Assembly: GCA_034439575.1 (NCBI GenBank)
Contig: JAWXAQ010000016.1
Location: 192,001-256,000, forward strand
Direction of reading: 5' to 3'
DNA: 64,000 nucleotides
Source: Leptospira sp.
Lineage (GTDB): Bacteria > Spirochaetota > Leptospiria > Leptospirales > Leptospiraceae
Shown: one piece after another, positions 56,718 to 64,000 of the stretch
Numbering within the stretch: the first letter of the stretch is position 1
How the letters are laid out: each line of letters begins with the position of its first letter
The notes under the pieces: generated by a model
The model's input: only the letters and a program-made list of their open reading frames with translations
Told to the model about the DNA's origin: nothing
Databases searched by the model: none
Translations under genes and position numbers: made by a program

Positions 56718-57761
56718 TTGGTGTACAAATTTCTCCTATTTTTCGCCTTTCTATTTTTAATTTTAAAAACCTTTCCTCTCCAATCTGAAGTTATTTGGGG
56801 ACCGGCCATTGAACGCAGTGGTGGTGAGTATATATTTGAAACTGGCAATCGATTTCCTAACCTTTCCGGGATTCGAGGTGGATCAAGGATCACTTTCCCG
56901 AGAAATGTTACACAGTTTGGATTAAATGCTGCTTATATTGATAATAAGTGGGAGATCAGAGGTGCCGCGAAAACTAGTGGCTGGACACAGAATTCGGGTC
57001 AAGGGCGAGATGAAGACTTTGTGATGGGCAATACTTCGCAAGAAAAAACCACTCAGATAGCCACTAAAGAATGGTCATATTACGATACAGGGCATATATA
57101 TTCTGGAACGAGAAACTTTGCAGATGGAATTGGAAAATCATCAATACGGCAAGATTTAATTGAAGGATTTGGCAGAGTTTATTTCCAATCTGCGAAAGCT
57201 GATTATTGGGAACAGGGCAGTGGGTTATTCCTAACGACAGGATTCCGCTATAGCTATTTTAAATATTTATTATACGATGTTAATCAATTCATAGATTCGC
57301 GTCCAATTTTTTATGGCCCTATCGGAATTGGTCTTACTCTTTCAAATAATCTTTATGAATTTTTCTATGGGTTTGGATATAGGCACTCATTTGAAAATTT
57401 TTATATGGATTTTACATTTACCCCATCCATAGGACGAATCAAAACAAGAGACTTCCACATTCAAAGATCTATAAATTTCCTTTCAGATAATTACGGATAT
57501 GGTTGGCAGTCAAAAATGGAGGTTGGTTACAAAATTACAGATACATGGCTTAGTTATGTAAATTTGTCTCACCGTAGATTTTTTTCCGAAGGGAGGTTTA
57601 CTGCAAGGGGTGGACTATCCAGAGAAGATGTACTCTCAAATTTTGTTGGGGGATTCAAATCTCATATTAATATAAAAGATTTTTCCATAGAACTCGGTTT
57701 TTTGAACAAGATAGATTGGAAAAAAACAGAAAATCCATCCGAGTTACCAACAGAACAATGA
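56718..57761 (+). CDS. Outer-membrane beta-barrel, omptin-like protease candidate
   Basis: Signal peptide; GEYIF...SRI..P N-terminus; RDEDF (DxD) and RDFH (DxH) at omptin-like relative positions. Confidence 0.6.
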   Translation: MVYKFLLFFAFLFLILKTFPLQSEVIWGPAIERSGGEYIFETGNRFPNLSGIRGGSRITFPRNVTQFGLNAAYIDNKWEIRGAAKTSGWTQNSGQGRDEDFVMGNTSQEKTTQIATKEWSYYDTGHIYSGTRNFADGIGKSSIRQDLIEGFGRVYFQSAKADYWEQGSGLFLTTGFRYSYFKYLLYDVNQFIDSRPIFYGPIGIGLTLSNNLYEFFYGFGYRHSFENFYMDFTFTPSIGRIKTRDFHIQRSINFLSDNYGYGWQSKMEVGYKITDTWLSYVNLSHRRFFSEGRFTARGGLSREDVLSNFVGGFKSHINIKDFSIELGFLNKIDWKKTENPSELPTEQ

Positions 57762-58462
57762 ATAAAATATTAAAATATCCTGATTTAGGCTATGAATGTG
57801 AAATCAAACTAAGCACAGGAAAAAATGTAACTCTTTCAGTTTACCCAAACAATAGAATTGTAATTAGATCACCGAAAAGAGTATCTTTGAACTTTATAAA
57901 TGAATTTTTATTGGAACGCAAATCCTGGGTTCAAAAACAATATCTCAAAAATAAAAGAGAGAATCCGCAAAAAACAAAATTTAATGAAGGCGAAATACTT
58001 CCTATTTTTGGAGCAAATAGAACTGTCACTTTTTCACTTACTGAAGCCAACCAAATTACACCTGATAAATTTATATTAAATATTCGGAGTTTGAGAACAG
58101 AAAACGGAAGGAAAAAAAGAGCTTTAAGTTTTCTTAAATCTGAATTAATTAAACAGGCTGTTCCCACAATTGAACATGGAACAAAAAAAATCGGGACTAA
58201 AAAGTATTCATTAAAAATTAAATCGATGAAATCATTATGGGGAAGTTGCAGTCCAAAAAACCAAATTACTTTAAATCTAGCACTCGTGTTTTGTCCAATT
58301 TTCGTTATACATTATGTTATCCTCCATGAAGTCGCACATACGATAGAACTTAATCATTCTAAAAATTTTTGGAAGCTTCTTGAAACATTAGATCCAAAAT
58401 TTAAAAATGCGGAAAAATGGATCAAAGAAAGTGGCAAAAAAGTTCTCTGTTTTCTATTTTAG
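57758..58462 (+). CDS. YgjP/DUF45-like zinc metalloprotease
   Basis: MKSLWGSCS, YVILHEVAH and NHSKNFW motifs. Confidence 0.88.
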   Translation: MNKILKYPDLGYECEIKLSTGKNVTLSVYPNNRIVIRSPKRVSLNFINEFLLERKSWVQKQYLKNKRENPQKTKFNEGEILPIFGANRTVTFSLTEANQITPDKFILNIRSLRTENGRKKRALSFLKSELIKQAVPTIEHGTKKIGTKKYSLKIKSMKSLWGSCSPKNQITLNLALVFCPIFVIHYVILHEVAHTIELNHSKNFWKLLETLDPKFKNAEKWIKESGKKVLCFLF

Positions 58463-58470
58463 AAACATAT

Positions 58471-58986
58471 ATGTTAACTCCTCCGCATAAAATTTCTGTT
58501 TTATTTGTTTGTTTGGGTAATATTTGTAGGTCACCAGCAGCTGAAGGTAGTTTTAAAAAATTAGTAAAAGATGAGAATATAAATGAATACTTTATAATAG
58601 ATTCGGCAGGAACTTCCGGTTTTCATGATGGCGAATTGCCGGACATTCGAACTCGAATGGTTGCTAAAAAGCGGGGTATCATTCTTGATCATAAATCTCG
58701 AAAATTTATTCCAGATGACTTCAAACATTTTGATTATATCTTGGCAATGGATAACTCAAATCATGAAACAATTTTAAAAATTGCAACTAACATAGAGCAA
58801 AGAGAAAAAGTATTCCTTTTTCGAAATTTTGAAAATATAAATGCACGACTTCCCGTTCCTGATCCTTATTATGAAAACGAACAATTTTTTGAAACAGTAC
58901 AGGATATTGTAGAAAATGCTTCTAAAGCATTCTTGAATTTTTTAAAACAAAAGTATAAATTTTTGGATAAGGTAAATGCAGAATAA
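58471..58986 (+). CDS. Low-molecular-weight protein tyrosine phosphatase
   Basis: FVCLGNICRSP, DSAGT and VPDPYY motifs. Confidence 0.93.
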   Translation: MLTPPHKISVLFVCLGNICRSPAAEGSFKKLVKDENINEYFIIDSAGTSGFHDGELPDIRTRMVAKKRGIILDHKSRKFIPDDFKHFDYILAMDNSNHETILKIATNIEQREKVFLFRNFENINARLPVPDPYYENEQFFETVQDIVENASKAFLNFLKQKYKFLDKVNAE

Positions 58987-60244
58987 AACAAAGGTTATCG
59001 TTATTGGAGCTGGCTTCGGTGGATTGCAAGTTATTAAAACATTAGCAAACAGAAAAGAATTTGAAGTCACGGTTTTTGATAAAAAAAATCATCATTTATT
59101 CCAACCATTACTCTACCAAGTAGCTACGGCCGTATTATCTCCTGCTGATATCGCAATCCCAGCACGATCTATAACTACGAATTATAAAAACGTAAAAATA
59201 CTGATGGGTGAGGTTGTACAAATTGATTTTGAAAACAAATTTGTTCATTATTCAGAATCAAAGGAACCTTATGACTACCTTGTTATAGCAACGGGGGCTC
59301 AAACTAGTTATTTCGGAAATGATAATTGGAAAAATTTTACTTTTGGTTTAAAAAATCTCAAAGATGCACTTGGCATAAGGCGCAAAATTCTTATTTCATT
59401 TGAACAAGCTGAAATTTCAGGAGACCCCGAAATAGCAAAACAATTGCTAAATTATGTTATCATTGGCGGTGGACCCACCGGAGTTGAACTTGCAGGATCT
59501 ATCGCAGAATTATCAAGATATAGCATCCGCCAAGATTTTAGAGTTATCGATTCAGCAATGACCAAAGTTACTTTGATTGAAGCAGGACCAAGGCTCTTAT
59601 CCAACTTCAATGAAAGTCTGAGCTCATTTACAAAAACACAATTAGAAAAAAGGGGAGTAGAAGTCCTAATCAACTCACCAGTGATTGACATTGACGGGAC
59701 TGGTGTGACTTTAAAAGACAGAAAGATTCATTCAAAAACTATAATATGGGCAGCTGGAGTTGAAGCTGCGAACCTAACAAAACTATTGCCATTTGAAAAA
59801 GATAAATCTGGACGTATCCATGTGGATGAATTTTGCCGAATCAATACAAATAATGATATTTTTGTTATTGGCGATTCTGCACATTTTTCCAAAAATCTAG
59901 AACGTCCCTTACCAGGAGTCTCACCAGTTGCCATGCAACAAGGAAGATATGTTGCTCGTTATATGATCGATAGCATTAAAAAACGTGAATCTAAACCATT
60001 CGTTTATTTTGATAAAGGAAATATGGCGACGATAGGACGAAATGATGCCGTTGCCGAATTTGGTCCATTCAAACTCAAAGGATTTATTGGTTGGTTAGCT
60101 TGGTTATTTGTTCACCTTGTATACCAAGTAGGATTCAAAAATAAATTGAGTACACTGATAAGCTGGATTTGGAGCTATATCACTGTCCGAGCTGGTGCCA
60201 GATTGATTCAGGAAGAGATAAGTTCTGATAACAAAATAGTTTAA
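58976..60244 (+). CDS. ndh: Type II NADH:quinone oxidoreductase
   Basis: GAGFGG, HLFQPLLYQVAT, GGGPTGVELAG, WAAGV, A.QQG and DKGNMATIGR motifs. Confidence 0.93.
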   Translation: MQNKTKVIVIGAGFGGLQVIKTLANRKEFEVTVFDKKNHHLFQPLLYQVATAVLSPADIAIPARSITTNYKNVKILMGEVVQIDFENKFVHYSESKEPYDYLVIATGAQTSYFGNDNWKNFTFGLKNLKDALGIRRKILISFEQAEISGDPEIAKQLLNYVIIGGGPTGVELAGSIAELSRYSIRQDFRVIDSAMTKVTLIEAGPRLLSNFNESLSSFTKTQLEKRGVEVLINSPVIDIDGTGVTLKDRKIHSKTIIWAAGVEAANLTKLLPFEKDKSGRIHVDEFCRINTNNDIFVIGDSAHFSKNLERPLPGVSPVAMQQGRYVARYMIDSIKKRESKPFVYFDKGNMATIGRNDAVAEFGPFKLKGFIGWLAWLFVHLVYQVGFKNKLSTLISWIWSYITVRAGARLIQEEISSDNKIV

Positions 60245-60486
60245 TTTGATCGGAGATTGTATTTGTTTTTGCCAGCCTTTGCATTACACCTAATGTCCGT
60301 ATATTCGGCAACAAGAGCATAGGTTGACTCTGCTAATGCTCTGTCAGTACTCACAGAATGTCTGTCTAATAACGGAATCATATATTGATAGGTGCGTTCC
60401 CTTTGGTTTTTACATTCACTTTTCATTTGATCTTCACGGGAAAGCATGCAAGAAAAGAGAAAAATTAAAAATATGCTATTTCTCAT
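60241..60486 (-). CDS. Small putative lipoprotein
   Basis: MRNSIFLIFLFSC lipobox; two further Cys. Confidence 0.55.
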   Translation of the reverse strand: MRNSIFLIFLFSCMLSREDQMKSECKNQRERTYQYMIPLLDRHSVSTDRALAESTYALVAEYTDIRCNAKAGKNKYNLRSN

Positions 60487-60490
60487 CCCT

Positions 60491-60922
60491 TTATTTTTCA
60501 GATTCAATCATACCTTGTAATTCTTCGAATAACTTTAGTTCGGAGGCAGAAAGTTCTGCTTTATGGTCTTGCACGATTAATAAATCTGTGTTTGCTTTTG
60601 TGTATTGAGCTTTTTTATATTCAGGTTTATGAGTAACTTTTAAAGCAAGATCTCCTTTATAACCAGTATCTCCATTGGCTTCGCGGATAAGCGAATTGGC
60701 GCGTAACAAATTAACTTTTGTTTTTTTGGAAATTCCATCTTTATCACTTACTAAGACTAGCGCTTCATCATAGAGTGAGATTTTTTTTCTGTGAATGTCA
60801 GTTTTCTCAGCAAGAGTTATACATTCGTTGAATGATTTACATAATTTTTTCGGGGCAGGGTCTTTTGCAACTAGTCCTAAAGAGATATTTATAAGAAGGC
60901 TAAATAGCAGAATTATTTTCAT
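60491..60922 (-). CDS. Exported helical hypothetical protein
   Basis: Signal peptide; CKSFNEC. Confidence 0.6.
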   Translation of the reverse strand: MKIILLFSLLINISLGLVAKDPAPKKLCKSFNECITLAEKTDIHRKKISLYDEALVLVSDKDGISKKTKVNLLRANSLIREANGDTGYKGDLALKVTHKPEYKKAQYTKANTDLLIVQDHKAELSASELKLFEELQGMIESEK

Positions 60923-61004
60923 TCATATAAAATCCTTTTGCGATGAAAACATTCAATCATTTTTATTTGTTTTACACATCTCTACGTACCATGAGGCTAT
61001 CTAT

Positions 61005-61844
61005 ATGGGTCAAATTTCAATAAAAACGAAATTTCATAATATCGAAGGTTTGGAATGGGGAAATCCTAGCGGAAAAACGATTCTTGCCTTTCATGGATGG
61101 CTAGACAATGCAAATACTTTTGCCCCATTAGCTGAGCACTTTCCAGATTATAGATTCATAGCGATCGATTTTCCAGGTCATGGTAAATCAAGTCATAAAC
61201 CAGAAGGAACCATTTATCATTTTGTGGAATACGCAGTTGAAATTATTGCCATTGCGGAAGCTTTAAATTTAAAAAATTTTATACTTATGGGGCATTCGAT
61301 GGGTGCCGCCATATCCACATTAGTTGCTGGTCTTGGATTACTTGAAATCGATAAATTAGTATTAATCGAAGCATTAGGCCCAATTTCAAGTGAAGCACAT
61401 AACGCACCTGATATCATGAGAGATTCAATCAAACAAATACTTCATCCAAGGGGCAAAAAGGAAACTTTTTTTCCGAATTGGGAATCAGCGATTGCGATTC
61501 GAATGCGTGCAGGTGATATGAAAGTTGAATCGGTTGAAAAACTTATGGAACGAGGACTTGAAAAAGGGCCAAAGGGATTAAAACCAAGGCGAGATTTACG
61601 ACTTCATTATAATTCTTTGTACAGACTAACAGAAAGTAATGTGATGGCATTTTGTGAAAGAATATCTTGTCCCACACTCTTGATATTAGGCGATAACTCA
61701 ATGTATCCGATATCACAAATCTTTGAAGGAAGAAAAAAGGCCGTCAAAAATTTAAAAGAAGTAATTCTTCCAGGTGGCCATCATCTTCATTTAGATGATC
61801 CAGACACAACAGCAAAGGAAATCAAAAACTTTCTCAACACATAA
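61005..61844 (+). CDS. Alpha/beta hydrolase (SERHL-like)
   Basis: HGWLDNA, DFPGHGKS, GHSMG and GGHHLH motifs. ATG at 61005. Confidence 0.9.
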   Translation: MGQISIKTKFHNIEGLEWGNPSGKTILAFHGWLDNANTFAPLAEHFPDYRFIAIDFPGHGKSSHKPEGTIYHFVEYAVEIIAIAEALNLKNFILMGHSMGAAISTLVAGLGLLEIDKLVLIEALGPISSEAHNAPDIMRDSIKQILHPRGKKETFFPNWESAIAIRMRAGDMKVESVEKLMERGLEKGPKGLKPRRDLRLHYNSLYRLTESNVMAFCERISCPTLLILGDNSMYPISQIFEGRKKAVKNLKEVILPGGHHLHLDDPDTTAKEIKNFLNT

Positions 61845-61895
61845 TCATTGCAATATGATCTATAATTTTTATTAAAATTTCGAAGGAATCAATGA

Positions 61896-62438
61896 ATGGA
61901 AATAAAAGAAATTCAAGCCTCAAAACATGGATCGGAAATACATCACAGTACTTGTTTCGGTTGTGGTAAAGATAACCCACTCGGTTTATCTGCCGATTTT
62001 ACTTTTGATGATGAGAGTGGTGAAGTGAAGTTTATCTATAATTTTAAAAAAATGTTCAATGGTGCACCCACATTCGTGCATGGCGGGATCTTATCTACGT
62101 TACTCGATGAAGCCATGGGGGATCTTTGTTTCCATCTGGGCTACATCGTAATGACAGACACTATGGGATTTAAATTTCACAAAGCTACTCCAGTAGAAAA
62201 AGATTTACTTGTCCGTGCTTGGCCTATTAAAAAGGCAAAACGAAAGGTATTTTTAGAATCTGAAATCACATCCCTAAATGGAGAAGTTCTTTATGTAAAA
62301 GGTGAGGGTGCATTTCATATTTTACCTCCACGTTTTTTTTCTGAGAAACTTACCGGAGAAAAAAACTCAGTTGCCTTTGATTTATTATCTGTTAATAAAT
62401 TGAAACGTGCCCATTTATTTGATAGGATAAGCTCATGA
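61896..62438 (+). CDS. PaaI family thioesterase
   Basis: CFGCGKDNPLGL and HGGILSTLLDEAMG motifs. Confidence 0.88.
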   Translation: MEIKEIQASKHGSEIHHSTCFGCGKDNPLGLSADFTFDDESGEVKFIYNFKKMFNGAPTFVHGGILSTLLDEAMGDLCFHLGYIVMTDTMGFKFHKATPVEKDLLVRAWPIKKAKRKVFLESEITSLNGEVLYVKGEGAFHILPPRFFSEKLTGEKNSVAFDLLSVNKLKRAHLFDRISS

Positions 62439-63760
62439 AATTTTTACTCTTAACCATTTTACTTTCCCTAAATCTAAGTTACTGTTCGTCCACATCGAAT
62501 ATGGATGGTGGCGAAGGTTCAAACGAATTCGAACTCATTACAAAGAGCGGCAAATTTATACGCATTGAACGATTTAAAAATTCCGGAGGCATCCGCGCTA
62601 AGGGCGAAGTGAAAGCGGAATGTGGGGGCGCGAAATGTACTGAAGATCAAGTTTCAAAATTTGCTCAGCCAAAAATTAAATCTTTAGTAAAACATGGCTC
62701 TTGGGAAGAATATTTGCAATTCGAACAAGAAGGTTCCACCGCTGAAAACAAAAAATTTAAGTCTACTATGGATTCTTACGGCGAATATGTGGATGGCAAA
62801 AAAGTAGGCATTTGGAAAAAACCTGATGCAGAAAATCCTTCCCGCACAATCGGAGAAGTTCCTTGGGTGGATGGGAAAAAAGAAGGCATCGCAAAGACTT
62901 ATGATAAATCAGGGGTCGTCAATAGCGAAACAGAATACCATGATGATAAAAAAGAAGGACCTTATTGGAAAAAAAATTCTAAAGGGGAATGGTTAGAAAA
63001 AGGAGCCTTCAAAAATAATGAAGAGCATGGTCCTTGGACTTACCATTTTACTGGAAGTGAAGGTAATGGGATTAAAACTGCTGTTAGTTTTTTGAATGGC
63101 CAAAAATCAGGTCAAGAAACCAATTATTACAAAGATGGCAAAATTGAATCTCAAGGAAATTATACAAACGGTGCCAGGACAGGGGAATGGAAGATGTTTG
63201 GTCCAAAAGAAAACTTAGTCGCAGAAGGAAGTTATTCTTTAAAAGCAGGTGTTGCCGAAGATGCCGAAATCAAATACGAAAGAACAGGTATTTGGAAAGA
63301 GTATTATGCTGATGGAAAATTATTTGGGCAAGGGACTAGAAAACATACTCGAACAGGAAACTGGAAATTCTACTATAACAACGGACAGGTTGGATACGAT
63401 GGAATTATGGCGAATGAAAGCATGTTTGAAACAGCCAAAGTCTATGACAAAAATGGCTCGATATTAGGTGATGGGAAATTGTTTTTTTCTCTTGTAAAAA
63501 TTGACGAAACTACCAATGACTTAAAACTCAATTATAAACCAGCCATACCATATACTTATTTTTATCCTTCTGGTAAGAAAAGAATTGTCATTCGCGATAA
63601 AGATGATGCAACGGAATATAGTGAAGATGGACGAGAACTGGGTCGAGGATCTGTCGATCCTTCAGGAAGAAAAATGGGTTGTTGGACAATAGGCGGAAAA
63701 AAAGAATACTATATGTTAGACTCTCCAAAACCAAAATTAACACCGACACAATGCCAATAA
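62435..63760 (+). CDS. MORN-repeat lipoprotein (resembles the LIC20035-type adhesin family)
   Basis: Lipobox LSYC; multiple G.W..YY..G MORN-variant repeats. Confidence 0.75.
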   Translation: MKFLLLTILLSLNLSYCSSTSNMDGGEGSNEFELITKSGKFIRIERFKNSGGIRAKGEVKAECGGAKCTEDQVSKFAQPKIKSLVKHGSWEEYLQFEQEGSTAENKKFKSTMDSYGEYVDGKKVGIWKKPDAENPSRTIGEVPWVDGKKEGIAKTYDKSGVVNSETEYHDDKKEGPYWKKNSKGEWLEKGAFKNNEEHGPWTYHFTGSEGNGIKTAVSFLNGQKSGQETNYYKDGKIESQGNYTNGARTGEWKMFGPKENLVAEGSYSLKAGVAEDAEIKYERTGIWKEYYADGKLFGQGTRKHTRTGNWKFYYNNGQVGYDGIMANESMFETAKVYDKNGSILGDGKLFFSLVKIDETTNDLKLNYKPAIPYTYFYPSGKKRIVIRDKDDATEYSEDGRELGRGSVDPSGRKMGCWTIGGKKEYYMLDSPKPKLTPTQCQ

Positions 63761-64000
63761 GCGAAGCAACACTCAACGAAACACATTCAAAAATAAAAAG
63801 TCTTAAAGAAGAATTGTCCCGAAATATTTCCGGGATGTCTACCGTCATTGACCCACTTATCGTGGGTTTGGTGGCGAAGGGACATATCTTACTAGAAGGT
63901 ATGCCAGGTCTTGCAAAAACATTACTCGCAAAAAGTATTGCCAATTGTATAGATGCAGATTTTAGCCGTGTCCAATTCACACCAGATCTGCTTCCAGCCG
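63751..64000 (+). CDS. moxR: MoxR family AAA+ ATPase (3' truncated by window)
   Basis: My translation: MPISEATL...GHILLEGMPGLAKTLLAK...FSRVQFTPDLLPA. Not in the ORF track. Confidence 0.9.
   Translation, partial: MPISEATLNETHSKIKSLKEELSRNISGMSTVIDPLIVGLVAKGHILLEGMPGLAKTLLAKSIANCIDADFSRVQFTPDLLPA

Noticed and set aside
63588-63980. 130-aa minus-strand ORF
   Set aside because: Antisense to the clear moxR start and to the end of the MORN lipoprotein.

Overview
AT-rich spirochaete DNA. Gene content and protein sequences point to a Leptospira, probably the saprophytic clade. The parAB locus, gltBD, ndh, MORN-repeat lipoprotein and moxR suggest the small second chromosome (inference). About 65 densely packed CDSs; I recognise no rRNA, tRNA, CRISPR array, IS or prophage. 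Main blocks: eukaryote-type UDP-glucose pyrophosphorylase; FadL-like barrel plus acidic lipoprotein, divergent from an SH3-M48 peptidase/CHASE2 adenylate cyclase pair; copper-storage protein; cheD-HDOD-aroK; gltBD with a sigma54-type promoter; complete cbb3 oxidase cluster ccoNOQP-GHIS-dsbD-like (ccoQ and ccoS are missing from the ORF track); Spy/ECF sigma/anti-sigma module with its own ECF promoter; Flavo-1-like structured intergenic element; ethylmalonyl-CoA mutase/PP2C/meaB; an alkyl-DHAP synthase-TetR-lipid kinase-GlpD operon (candidate ether-lipid/alkylglycerol pathway); HU; an NADK2-like kinase; parAB with a non-canonical palindrome present both upstream of parA and inside parB; an omptin-like outer-membrane protease; ndh; and the start of moxR. 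All calls come from reading motifs by eye. No database searches were run.
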